A stretch of DNA of 64,000 nucleotides from Squalus acanthias. Taxonomy: Eukaryota. The stretch lies in contig JASTWF010000035.1 in the NCBI GenBank assembly GCA_030390025.1, forward strand, positions 744,001 through 808,000, in the 5' to 3' direction. A program made the translations under genes and the position numbers. Of the stretch, positions 22,101 to 35,032 are shown piece by piece (position 1 is the first letter of the stretch; each line of letters begins with the position of its first letter). The notes below the pieces were generated by a model that made no database searches, was not told the origin of the DNA, and was given only the letters and a program-made list of their open reading frames with translations.

Positions 22101-25100
22101 ACCTCTCCCTTCACTGTACTCCTCTCCCTTCACTGTACACCTCTCTCTTCACTGTACTCCACTCCCTTCACTGTACATCTCTCCCTTCACTGCACTCCTC
22201 TCCCTTCACTGTACTCCTCTCCCTTCACTGTACTCCACTCCCTTCACTGTACACCTCTCCCTGCACTGTACACCTCTCCCTTCATTGTTTTCCTCCCCCT
22301 TCACTGTACACCTCTCCCTTCACTGTACACCTCTCCCTTCACTGTACACCTCTCCCTTCACTGTGCTCCTCTCCCTTCACTGTGCACCTCTCCCTTCACT
22401 GTATACCTCTCCCTTCACTGTACACCTCTCCCTTCACTGTACTCCTCTCCCTTCAGTGTACACCTCTCACTTCACTGTACTCCTCCCCGTTCACTGTACT
22501 CCTCTCCCTTCACTGTACACCTCTCCCTTCACTGTACCCCTCTACCTTCACTGTACTCCTCTCCGCTCTCTGTACACCTCTCCCTTCACTGTATACCTCT
22601 CCCTTCACTGTACACCTCTCCCTTCACTGTACTCCTCTCCCTTCACTGTACACCTCTCCCTTCACTGCACTCCTCTCCCTTCACTGTACACCTCCCCTTC
22701 ACTGTACACCTCTCCCTTCACTGTACACCTGTCCCTTCACTGTACTCCTCTCCCTTCACTGTACTCCTCTCCCTTCACTGTCCTCTTCTCCCTTCACTGT
22801 ACTCCTCTCCCTTCACTGTACACCTCTCCCTTCACTGTACTCTCCCTTCACTGTACTCCTCTCCCTTCACTGTACACCTGTCCCTTCACTGTACTCCTCT
22901 CCCTTCACTGTACACCTCTCCCTTCACTGTACACCTCTCCCTTCACTGTACACCTGTCCCTTCACTGTCCTCTTCTCCCTTCACTGTACACCTCTCTCTT
23001 CACTGTACTCCTCTCCCTTCACTGTACACCTCTCTCTTCACTGTACTCCTCTCCTCTCCCTGTACACCTCTCCCTTCACTGTACACCTCTCCCTTCACTG
23101 CACTCCTCTCCCTTCACTGCACACCTCTCCCTTCACTGTACTCCTCACCCTTCACTGTACTCCTCTCCCTTCACTGTACTCCACTCCCTTCACTGTACAC
23201 CTCTCCCTTCACTGTACACCTCTCCCTTCACTGTACTCCTCCCCCTTCACTGTACACCTCACCCTTCACTGTTCCCCTCTCCCTTCACTGTACTCCTCTC
23301 CCTTCACTGTGCACCTCTCCCTTCACTGTACTCCTCTCCCTTCACTGTACACCTCTCCCTTCACTGTACACCTCTCCCTTCACTGTACTCCTCCCCCTTC
23401 ACTGTACACCTCTCCCTTCACTGTTCCCCTCTCCCTTCATTGTACTCCTCTCCCTTCACTGTACACCTCTCCCTTCACTGTACACCTGTCCCTTCACTGT
23501 ACTCCTCTCCCTTCACTGTACACCTCTCCCTTCACTGTACACCTCTCCCTTCACTGTACTCCACTCACTTCACTGTACACCTCTCCCTTCACTGTTCCCC
23601 TCTCCCTTCATTGTACTCCTCTCCCTTCACTGTACACCTCTCCCTTCACTGTACACCTCTCCCTTCACTGTACACCTCTCCCTTCACTGTACTCCACTCA
23701 CTTCACTGTACTCCTCTCCCTTCACTGTACACCTCTCCCTTCACTGTACTCCTCTCCCTTCACTGTACTCCTCTCCCTTCACTGTACTCCTCTCCTCTCC
23801 CTGTACACCTCTCCCTTCACTGTACACCTCTCCCTTCACTGTACACCTCTCTCTTCACTGTACTCCTCTCCTCTCCCTGTACACCTCTCCCTTCACTGTA
23901 CTCCTCGCCCTTCACTGTACACCTCTCCCTTCACTGTACTCCTCTCCTCTCCCTGTACACCTCTCCCTTCACTGTACACCTTTCCCTTCACTGTACACCT
24001 CACCCTTCACTGTACACCTTTACCTTCAGTGTACACCTTTCCCTTCACTGTACTCCTCTCCCTTCACTGATCTCCTCTCCCTTCACTGTACTCCTCGCCC
24101 TTCACTGTACACCTCTCCCTTCACTGTACTCCTCTCCCTTCACTGTACACCTCTCCCTTCACTGTACACCCCTCCCTTCACTGTACTTCTCTTCCTTCAC
24201 TGTACACCTCTCCCTTCACTGTACACCTCTTGCTTCACTGTACACGTCTCCCTTCACTGTACTCCTCTCCCTTCACTGTTCACCTCTCCCTTTACTGTAC
24301 ACCTCTCCCTTCACGGTCCACCTCTCCCTTCACTGCACACCTCTCCCTTCAGTGTACTACTCTCTCTTCAGTGTACTCTTCTCTCTTCACTGTACACCTC
24401 TCCCTTCACTGTAATCCTCTCCCTTCACTGTACTCCTCTCCCTTCACTGTACACCTCTCTCTTCACTGTACTCCTCTCCGCTCCCTGTACACCTCTCCCT
24501 TCACTGTACACCTCTCCCTTCACTGTACACCTCTCCCTTCACTGTACACCTCTCTCTTCACTGTACTCCTCTCCGCTCCCTGTTGACCTCTCCCTTCGCT
24601 ATACTCCTCTCCATTCACTGTACTCCTCTCCATTCACTGTACTCCTCTCCATTCACTGAACACCTCTCCCTTCACTGCACTCCTCTCCCTTCACTGTACA
24701 CCTCTCCCTTCACTGTACTCCTCTCCCTTCACTGTACACCTCTCCCTTCACTGTACTCCTCTCCCTTCACTGTACACCTCTCTCTTCACTGTACTCCACT
24801 CCCTTCACTGTACACCTCTCCCTTCACTGCACTCCTCTCCCTTCACTGTACTCCTCTCCCTTCACTGTACTCCACTCCCTTCACTGTACACCTCTCCCTT
24901 CACTGTACACCTCTCCCTTCACTGTTTTCCTCCCCCTTCACTGTACACCTCTCCCTTCATTGTACACCTCTCCCTTCACTGTACACCTCTCCCTTCACTG
25001 TACTCCTCTCCCTTCACTGTGCACCTCTCCCTTCACTGTATACCTCTCCCTTCACTGTACACCTCTCCCTTCACTGTACACCTCTCCCTTCACTGTATAC

Positions 25101-28100
25101 CTCTCCCTTCACTGTACACCTCTCCCTTCACTGTACTCCTCTCCCTTCAGTGTACACCTCTCACTTCACTGTACTCCTCCCCCTTCACTGTACTCCTCTC
25201 CCTTCACTGTACACCTCTCCCTTCACTGTACACCTCTCCCTTCACTGCACTCCTCTCCCTTCACTGTACACCTCTCCCTTCACTGTACACCTCTCCCTTC
25301 ACTGTACACCTGTCCCTTCACTGTACTCCTCTCCCTTCACTGTACTCCTCTCCCTTCACTGTCCTCTTCTCCCTTCACTGTACTCCTCTCCCTTCACTGT
25401 ACACCTCTCCCTTCACTGTACTCCTCTCCCTTCACTGTACTCCTCTCCCTTCACTGTACACCTGTCCCTTCACTGTACTCCTCTCCCTTCACTGTACACC
25501 TCTCCCTTCACTGTACACCTCTCCCTTCACTGTACACCTGTCCCTTCACTGTACTCCTCTCCCTTCACTGTACTCCTCTCCCTTCACTGTCCTCTTCTCC
25601 CTTCACTGTACACCTCTCCCTTCACTGTACACCTCTCTCTTCACTGTACTCCTCTCCCTTCACTGTACACCTCTCTCTTCACTGTACTCCTCTCCTCTCC
25701 CTGTACCCCTCTCCCTTCACTGTACACCTCTCCCTTCACTGCACTCCTCTCCCTTCACTGTACTCCTCTCCCTTCACTGTACTCCACTCCCTTCACTGTA
25801 CACCTCTCCCTTCACTGTACACCTCTCCCTTCACTGTACTCCTCTCCCTTCACTGTACACCTCTCTCTTCACTGTACTCCTCTCCCTTCACTGTACACCT
25901 CTCCCTTCACTGTTCCCCTCTCCCTTCACTGTACTCCTCTCCCTTCACTGTGCACCTCTCCCTTCACTGTACTCCTCTCCCTTCACTGTACACCTCTCCC
26001 TTCACTGTACACCTCTCCCTTCACTGTACTCCTCCCCCTTCACTGTACACCTCTCCCTTCACTGTTCCCCTCTCCCTTCACTGTACTCCTCTCCCTTCAC
26101 TGTACACCTCTCCCTTCACTGTGCACCTCTCCCTTCACTGTACACCTCTCCCTTCACTGTACACCTGTCCCTTCACTGTACTCCTCTCCCTTCACTGTAC
26201 ACCTCTCCCTTCACTGTACTCCTCTCCCTTCACTGTACACCTCTCCCTTCACTGTACTCCTCTCCCTTCAATGTACACCTCTCCCTTCACTGTACACCTC
26301 TCCCTTCACTGTACTCCTCTCCCTTCAATGTACACCTCTCCCTTCAGTGTACTCCTCTCCTCTCCCTGTACACCTCTCCCTTCACTGTACACCTCTCTCT
26401 TCACTGTACTCCTCTGCTCTCCCTGTACACCTCTCCCTTCACTGTACACCTCTCCCTTCACTGTACTCCTCTCCCTTCACTGTACTCCTCTCCCTTCACT
26501 GTACTCCTCTCCCTTCACTGTACACCTCTCCCTTCACTGTACTCCTCTCCCTTCACTGTACTCCTCTCTCTTCACTGTACTCCTCTCCCTTCACTGTACT
26601 CCTCTCCCTTCACTGTACACCTCTCCCTTCACTGTACACCTCTCTCTTCACTGTACTCCTCTCCCTTCACTGTACTCCTCTCCCTTCACTGTACACCTCT
26701 CCCTTCACTGTACTCCTCACCCTTCACTGTACACCTCTCCCTTCACTGTACACCTCTCCCTTCACTGTACACCTCTCCCTTCACTGTACTCCTCTCCCTT
26801 CACTGTACTCCTCTCTCTTCACTGTACACCTCTCCCTTCATTGTACTCCTCTCCTCTCCCTGTACTCCTCTCCCTTCACTGTACACCTCTCCCTTCACTG
26901 TACACCTCTCTCTTCACTGTACTCCTCTCCTCTCCCTGTACTCCTCTCCCTTCACTGTACTCCTCTCTCTTCACTGTACACCTCTCCCTTCACTGTACAC
27001 CTCTCCCTTCACTTTACTCCTGTCCCTTCACTGTACTCCTCTCCCTTCACTGTACTCCTCTCCCTTCACTGTACTCCTCTCCCTTCACTGTACTCCTCTC
27101 CCTTCACTGTACTCCTCTCCCTTCACTGTACTCCTCTCCCTTCACTGTACTCCTCTCCCTTCACTGTACAACTCTCCCTTCACTGCACTCCTCTCCCTTC
27201 ACTGTACACCTCTCCCTTCACTGTACACCTCTCCCTTCACTGTACACCTCTCCCTTCACTGCACTCCTCTCCCTTCACTGTACTCCTCCCCCTTCACTGT
27301 ACACCTCTCCCTTCACTGCACTCCTCTCCCTTCACTGTACACCTCTCCCTTCACTGTACACCTCTCCTCTCCCTGTACACCTCTCCCTTCACTGTACACC
27401 TCTCCCTTCACTGCACTCCTCTCCCTTCACTGTACACCTCTCCCTTCACTGCACTCCTCTCCCTTCACTGTACACCTCTCCCTTCACTGTACTCCTCTCC
27501 CTTCACTGTACTCCTCGCCCTTCACTGTACTCCTCCCCCTTCACTGTACACCTCTCCCTTCACTGTACTCCTCCCCCTTCACTGTACACCTCTCCCTTCA
27601 CTGTTCCCCTCTCCCTTCACTGTACTCCTCTCCCTTCACTGTGCACCTCTCCCTTCACTGTACTCCTCTCCCTTCACTGTACACCTCTCCCTTCACTGTA
27701 CACCTCTCCCTTCACTGCACTCCTCTCCCTTCACTGTACTCCTCCCCCTTCACTGTACACCTCTCCCTTCATTGTACTCCTCCCCCTTCACTGTACACCT
27801 CTCCCTTCACTGTTCCCCTCTCCCTTCACTGTACTCCTCTCCCTTCACTGTACACCTCTCCCTTCACTGTACTCCTCTCCCTTCACTGTACACTTCTCCC
27901 TTCACTGTGCACCTCTCCCTTCACTGTACACCTCTCCCTTCACTGTACACCTCTCCCTTCACTGTCCACCTGTCCCTTCACTGTACTCCTCTCCCTTCAC
28001 TGTACACCTCTCCCTTCACTGTACTCCACTCACTTCACTGTACTCCTCTCCCTTCACTGTACACCTCCACCTTCACTGTACACCTGTCCCTTCACTGTAC

Positions 28101-30393
28101 TCCTCTCCCTTCACTGTACTCCTCTCCCTTCACTGTACACCTCTCCCTTCACTGTACACCTCTCCCTTCACTGTACTCCTCTCTCTTCACTGTACTCCTC
28201 TCCTCTCCCTGTACACCTCTCCCTTCACTGTACACCTCTCCCTTCACTTTACTCCTGTCCCTTCACTGTACTCCTCTCCCTTCACTGTACTCCTCTCCCT
28301 TCACTGTACTCCTCTCCCTTCACTGTACTCCTCTCCCTTCACTGTACACCTCTCTCTTCACTTTACTCCTCTCCATTCACTGTACTCCTCTCCCTTCACT
28401 GTACACCTCTCCCTTCACTGCACTCCTCTCCCTTCACTGTACTCCACTCCCTTCACTGTACACCTCTCCCTTCACTGCACTCCTCTCCCTTCACTGTACA
28501 CCTCTCCCTTCACTGTATACCTCTCCCTTCACTGTACACCTCTCCCTTCACTGCGCTCCTCTCCCTTCACTGTACACCTCTCCCTTCACTGCACTCCTCT
28601 CCCTTCACTGTACTCCACTCCCTTCACTGTATACCTCTCCCTTCACTGTACACCCATCTCTTCACTGTACTCCTCTCCCTTCACTGTACACCTCTCCCTT
28701 CACTGTACTCCTCTCCCTTCACTGTACACCTCTCCCTTCACTGTACACCTCTCCCTTCACTGCACACCTCTCCCTTCACTGTCCACCTCTCCCTTCACTG
28801 TACACCTCTCCCTTCACTGTACACCTCGCCGCTCCCTGTACACCTCTCCCTTCACTGTACTCCTCTCCCTTCACTGTGCACCTCTCCCTTCACTCTGCAC
28901 CTCTCCCTTGACTGTACTCCTCTCCCTTCACTGTACACCTCTCCTTTCACTGTACACCTCTCCCTTCACTGTACACCTCTCCCTTCACTGTACTCCTCTA
29001 CCTTCACTGTACACCTCTCCCTTCACTGTACCCCTCTCCCTTCACTTTACTCCTCTCCCTTCACTGTACACCGCTTCCTTCACTGTACTCATTTCCCTTC
29101 AATGTACTCCTCTCCCTTCACAGTACTCCTCTCCCTTCACTGTACTCCTCTCCCTTCACTGTACTCCTCTCCGCTCCTTGTACTCCTCTTCCTTCACTAC
29201 ACCTCTCCCTTCACTGTACACCTCACCGCTCCCTGTACACCTCTCCGCTCCCTGTACACCTCTCCCTTCACTGTACACCTCTCCCTTCACTGTACTCCTC
29301 TCCCTTCACTGTACTCCTCTCCCTTCACTGTACACCTCTCTCTTCACTGTACTCCTCTCCGCTCCCTGTACACCTCTCCCTTCACTGTACACCTCTCCCT
29401 TCATTGTACTCCTCTCCCTTCACTGTACACCTCTCCCTTCACTGTACACCTCTCCCTTCACTGTAATCCTCTCCCTTCACTGTACTCCTCTCCCTTCACT
29501 GTACACCTCTCTGTTCACTGTACTCCTCTCCGCTCCCTGTACACCTCTCCCTTCACTGTACACCTCTCCCTTCACTGTACTCCTCTCCCTTCAGTGTACA
29601 CCTCTCTCTTCACTGTACACCTCTCCGCTCCCTGTTGGCCTCTCCCTTCGCAATACTCCTCTCCCTTCACTGTACACCTCTCCGCCCGCTATAGACCTCT
29701 CCCTTCACTGTACAGCTCTCCATTCACTGTACTCCTCTCCATTCACTGTACTCCTCTCCATTCACTGTAGACCTCTCCCTTCACTGCACTCCTCTCCCTT
29801 CACTGTACACCTGTCCCTTCACTGTACACCTCTCCCTTCACTGTACTCCTCCCCCTTCACAGTACACCTCTCCCTTCACTGTACACCTCTCCCTTCACTG
29901 TACACCTCTCCCTTCACTTTACTCCTCTCCCTTCACTGTGCACCTCTCCCTTCACTGTACACCTCTCCCTTCACTGTACACCTCTCCCTTCACTGTACAC
30001 CTCTCCCTTCACTGTACACCTCTCCCTTCACTGTACACCTCTCCCTTCACTGTACTCCTCTCCCTTCACTGTACACCTCTCCCTTCACTGTACTCCTCTC
30101 CCTTCACTGTACACCTCTCCCTTCACTGTACTCCTCTCCCTTCACTGAACACCTCTCCCTTCACTGTACTCCTCTCCCTTCACTGTACACCTCTCCCTTC
30201 ACTGCACTCCTCTCCCTTCACTGCACTCCTCTCCCTTCACTGTACTCCTCTCCCTTCACTGTACACCTCTCCCTTCACTGCACCTCTCCCTTCACTGTAC
30301 TCCACTCCCTTCACTGTACACCTCTCCCTTCACTGTAGTCCTCTCCCTTCACTGTAATCCTCTCCCTTCACTGTCCTCCTCTCCCTTCACTGT
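19120..30393. repeat. 19-bp satellite array, ~11.3 kb (~590 units), inside the last RDH intron
   Basis: Unit CTCTCCCTTCACTGTAC(A/T)C; being nearly stop-free it produces the giant SLHCTPLP ORFs in all three + frames. Confidence 0.98.
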
Positions 30394-30470
30394 TCTGAAT
30401 TGAAGAGAATGGTCGAGCACATTGACTTCTTGATGTTTTGTTTGACGTTCTGCAATTCTCTGCGTTCCAG

Positions 30471-30674
30471 TCTGCCGAGGAAGGAGCCGTGAGCACCATC
30501 TACTGTGCTGTGTCCAAGGAAATGGAAGGTGTCAGTGGGAAGTACATCGACAGCGACTGCTCCCTCGCGCTGCCCTGTCCAACAGCTCAAGACCAAGCCT
30601 TAGCTAAAAAGCTGTGGGACGTCAGTGAGTCGCTCACCGGCCTCGACAAGAGGACAACTGGAGAGACAAGTTAA
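30471..30674 (+). CDS. RDH-like SDR, last coding exon
   Basis: ttccag acceptor, phase 0; SAEEGAVSTIYCAVSKEMEGVSGKYIDSDC...AKKLWDVSESLTGL...TAA, the typical RDH11-14 C-terminus. All four exon phases are compatible. The NAD(P)-binding exons must lie upstream of the window. Confidence 0.92.
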   Translation, partial: SAEEGAVSTIYCAVSKEMEGVSGKYIDSDCSLALPCPTAQDQALAKKLWDVSESLTGLDKRTTGETS

Positions 30675-30747
30675 TGGAATGTGATTCCTCCCAGGCAGTC
30701 CTTAGAGCAACACATGGAGTGCAACTCGAAATAGCTGCTCTGAGCCT

Positions 30748-33578
30748 CCCACCTCCCGTCCCCTCCCTCTCCCATCCCCCTCCCCCTCCCCCTCCCCCTC
30801 CCCCTCCCCCTCTCCCCCTCCCCCCCCCTCTCCCATCCCCCTCCCTCTCCCCTCTCCCTCCCCCCCCCCCTCCCCCTCCCCCTCTCCCTCCCCCTCCCCC
30901 TCCCCCTCTCCCCCTCACCCCCCCCCCTCCCCCTCTCCCTCCCCCTCCCCCTCTCCCCTCTCCGTCCCCCTCCCCCTCCCCCTCTCCCTCCCCCTCCCCT
31001 CTCCCCTCCCCCTCCCCCTCCCCCTCTCCCTCTCCCTCCCCCTCCCCCTCTCCCCTCCCCCTCTCCCCTCTCCGTCCCCCTACCCCTCTCCCCCACCTCT
31101 CCCATCCCCTCCCCCTCCCCCTCCCCCTCTCCCTCCCCCTCCCCCTCTCCCCTCTCCGTCCCCCTACCCCTCTCCCCCACCTCCCCTCCCCCTCCCCTCC
31201 CCCTCTCCCCTCCCCCTCTCCCATCCCCCTCCCCCTCTCCCCTTCCCCTCTCCCATCCCCCTCACACTCTCCCCTCCCCTCTCCCTCTCCCCTCCCCTCC
31301 CCTCTCCCCTCCCCCTCCCCCTCCCCCTCTCCCATCCCCCTCCCCCTCCCCCTCCCCCTCGCCCCTCCCTCTCCCTCTCCCCTCCCCCTCTCCCCTCCCC
31401 TCCCCCTCTCCCCTCCCCCTCTCCCCTCCCTCTCCCCCTTCCCTCCCCCTCTCCCCTCCCCCTCCCCCTCTCCCCTCCCCCTCTCCCATCCCCCTCCCCA
31501 TCCCCCTCCCCCTCCCCCTCTCCCTCCCCCTCTCCCATCCCCCTCCCCCTCTACCCTCCCCCTCCCCCTCTCCCATCCCCATCCCCCTCCCCCTCTCCCC
31601 TCCGCCTCTCCCCTCCCCCTCTCCCGCCCTCTCTCCCCCTCTCTCCCCCTCCCCCTCTTCCCTCCCCCTCTCCCCGCTTCCCCCTCTCCCCCTCCCCCTC
31701 TCCTCTCCCCCTCCCCCTCTCCCCTCCCCCTCTCCCCTCCCCTTCCCCCTCTCCCTCCCCTCTCCCCTCCTCCGCTCCCCTCTCCCCTCTCCCCTCTCCC
31801 TCCCCCTCTCCCCTCCCCCTCTCCCATCCCCATTTCCCCTCCCCCTCTCCCCTCCCCTCCCCACTCCCTCCCCTTTCCCCTCTCCCTCCCCTTTCCCCTC
31901 TCCCTCCCCTTTCCCCTCCCCCACTCCTCTTTCCCCTCCCCCTCCCCCTCTCCCCTCCCCCTCTCCCCTCCCCCTCTCCCCTCCCATTTTCCCCTCCCCC
32001 TCTCCCTCCCCCTCCCCCCTCCCCTCCCACTCTCCCCTCCCTCCGCTCCCCCTCTCCCCCGCCTCTCCCATCCCCTTCCCCTCCCCTCTCCACACCTCTT
32101 TTCCCCTCTCCCCCGCTCCCCTCTCCCCTCCCCCTCTCCCCTCTCTCCCCCTCTCCCCACTCCCCCTCTCCTCTCCCCCGCCCCCTCTCCCCTCCCCCTC
32201 CCCCTCCCCCTCTCCCTCCCCTTTCCCCTCCCCCTCTCCCCTCTCCCTTCCTCCTCCCCTCCCCCTCTCCCCTCTCCCCCCTCTCCCCCTCCCCCTCTCC
32301 CCTCCCCCTCCCCCTCTCCCCTCCACCTCCCCCTCTCCCCTCTCCCTCCCCTTTCCCCTCCCCCTCTCCTCTCCCCCTCCCCCTCTCCCCTCCCCCTCCC
32401 CCTCTCCCCTCTCCCTCGCCTTTCCCCTCCCCCTCTCCCCTCTCCCCTCCCCCTCTCCCCTCTCCCCTCCCCCTCCCCCTCTCCCCTCTCCCTCCCCTTT
32501 CCCCTCCCCCTCTCCCTCCCCTTTCCCCTCCCCCTCTCCCTCCCCCTCCCCCTCTCCCCTCCCCTCTCCCCTCTCCGTCCCCCTACCCCTCTCCCCCACC
32601 TCTCCCATCCCCTTCCCCTCCCCTCTCCACACCTCTTTTCCCCCCTCTCCCCTCCCCTCCCCCCTCTCCCTCCCCCTCCCCCTCTCCCTCCCCCTCCCCC
32701 TCCCCTCTCCCTCCCTCCCCCTCCCCCTCCCCCCTCCCCCTCCCCCTCTCCCTCCCCCTCCCCCCTCCCCTCCCCCCCTCTCCCCTCTCCGTCCCCCTAC
32801 CCCTCTCCCCCACTCTCTCCCATCCCCTTCCCCTCCCCTCTCCACACCTCTTTTCCCCTCCTCCTCCCCCTCTCCCCTCCCCCTCTCCCTCCCCTCCCCC
32901 TTTCCCCTCCCCCTTTCCCTCCCCATCTCCCTGCCCCTCCCCCTCTCCCCTCTCCCCTCCCCTTCTTTCCTCCCCCTTTCCCCTCCCCATCTCCCTCCCC
33001 CTCCCTCTCCCCGCTCCCCTCTCCTCCCCTCTGCACCCCTCCCCTCCCCACTCCGCTCTTCTCCGCTGCCTCCCCCCTCCCTCTCCCCTCTCCCCTCCCC
33101 CTCCCCCTCCCCCTCTCCCCTCCCCCTCTCCCCTCTCCCTCCCCCTCCCCCTCCCCCTCCCCCTCTCCCCTCCCCCTCTCCGTCCCCCTACCCCTCTCCC
33201 CCACCTCTCCCATCCCCTTCCCCTCCCCTCTCCACACCTCTTTTCCCCTCTCCCCCCTCCCCCTCTCCCCTCCCCCTCTCCCTCTCCCCTCTCCCTCCCC
33301 TTTCCCCTCCCCCTCCCCCTCTCCCCTCCCCCTCTCCCCTCCCCCTCCCCCTCCCCCTCTCCCCTCCCCCTCTCCGTCCCCCTACCCCTCTCCCCCACCT
33401 CTCCCATCCCCTTCCCCTCCCCTCTCCACACCTCTTTTCCCCTCTCCCCCCTCCCCCTCTCCCCGCTCCCCTCTCCCCCGCTCCCCTCTCCTCCCCTCTG
33501 CACCCCTCCCCTCCCCACTCCGCTCTTCTCCGCTGCCTCCCCCCTCCCCTCCCTTCTCATCCACTCCACTCCCCTCTC
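30748..33578. repeat. C-rich polypyrimidine low-complexity tract ((CCCCT)n-like), ~2.8 kb
   Basis: Almost only C/T on +, with a recurring longer motif CTCCGTCCCCCTACCCCTCTCCCCCACCTCTCCCATCCCC. Confidence 0.95.
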
Positions 33579-33834
33579 ATAGCAATTTAGCAACACAGGA
33601 ACAGGAGGAGGCCATTCAGCTCCTTCAGCCTGTTCCGCCATTCAATGACATCATGGCTGATCTGTGACCTAACTCCATATACCCGCCTTTGCCCCATATC
33701 CCTGAATACCTTTGGATAACAAAAATGTAGTAATCTCCGATTTAAAATGAACAATTGACCCAGCTTCAATGGCCATTTGCGGAAGAGAGTTCCAAACTTC
33801 TCCCCCTTTGTGTGTAGAAGTGTTTCCTAATTTC

Positions 33835-34876
33835 GGGTCGGCAGGCTGTAACGAGTGGGGTACCACAAGGATCAGTGCTTGGGCCTCAGCTATTCACAAT
33901 CTGCATCAATGATTTGGATGAGGGGACCAAATGTAATATATCCAAGTTTGCTGATGATACAAAGCTGGGTGGGAATGTAAGTTGTGAGGAGGATGCAAGG
34001 AGGCTTCAAGGGGATATAGACAGGCTAAGTGAGTGGGCAAGAACATGGCAAATGGAATATAATGTGGAGAAATGTGAAGTTATCCACTTTGGTAGGAAAA
34101 ATAGAAAAGCAGAGTATTTTTTAAATGGTGAGAGATTGGGAAATGTTGGTGTTCAGAGGGACCTGGGTGTCCTTGTACATGAATCACTGAAAGTTAACAT
34201 GCAGGTACAGCAAGCAATTAAGAAAGCAAATGATATTTATTACAAGAGGATTTCAGTATATAGGAATAAAGACTGTAATCATATAGGGCCCTGGTGAGAC
34301 CACACCTGCAGTATTGTGTACAGTTTTGGTCTCCTTACCTAAGGAAGGATATACTTGCCATTGAGGGAGTGCAACGAAGGTTCACCAGACTAGTTCCTGG
34401 GATGGGGGGATTGTCCTATGAGGAGAGATTGTGTAGAATGGGCCTATCCTCTCTGGAGTTTAGAAGAATGAGAGGTGATCTCATTGAAACATACAAAATT
34501 TTTACAGGGCTTGACAGGGTAGATGCAGGGAGGATGTTTCCCTTGTCTCAGGGGTCTAGAACCAGGGGTAACAGTTTTAGAATAAGGGGTCAGCCATTTA
34601 GGACTGAGATGAGGAGAAATTTCTTCACTCAGAGGGTGGTGAATCTTTGGAATTCTCTACCCCAGAGGGCTGTGGAGGCTCAGTCGTTGAGTATATTCAA
34701 GACTGAGATCGATAGATTTTTGGATATTAAGGGAATCAAGGGATATGGGGATAGTGCAGGAAAGTGGAGATGAGGTCGAAGATCAGCCATGATCTTATTG
34801 AATGGTGGAACAGGCTCGAGGGGCCAAATGACCAACTCCTGCTCCTATTTCTTATGTTCTTTTGTTCCTATGTTCT
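33835..34876 (+). mobile_element. 5'-truncated CR1 LINE (preceded by a minus-strand CR1 3' tail at ~33590-33830)
   Basis: ORFs 33875-34297 and 34294-34773 (FADD, RPHLQYCVQFW), CR1 3' UTR and CTTATGTT tail. Confidence 0.9.
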
Positions 34877-35032
34877 TGTCCTCCACTCCCCTCCCCTCTC
34901 CTCCATTCCCTGCTATATAACATAATCTCGTATATAGCCTTCTATATAACACCCTTATATAGCACAACCTCATATATAATATACCCTGCTATATAACACA
35001 ACCTATATAACACAACCTCATATATAACATTA

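Noticed and set aside
18589..30357. Very long ORFs (up to 1792 aa) with SLHCTPLP repeats
   Set aside because: By-product of a nearly stop-free 19-bp satellite; open in all three frames and inside an intron.
30634..33667. Pro-rich (997 aa) and Gly/Glu/Arg-rich ORFs resembling extensin or formin
   Set aside because: Translations of a C/T low-complexity tract on both strands; no domain content.
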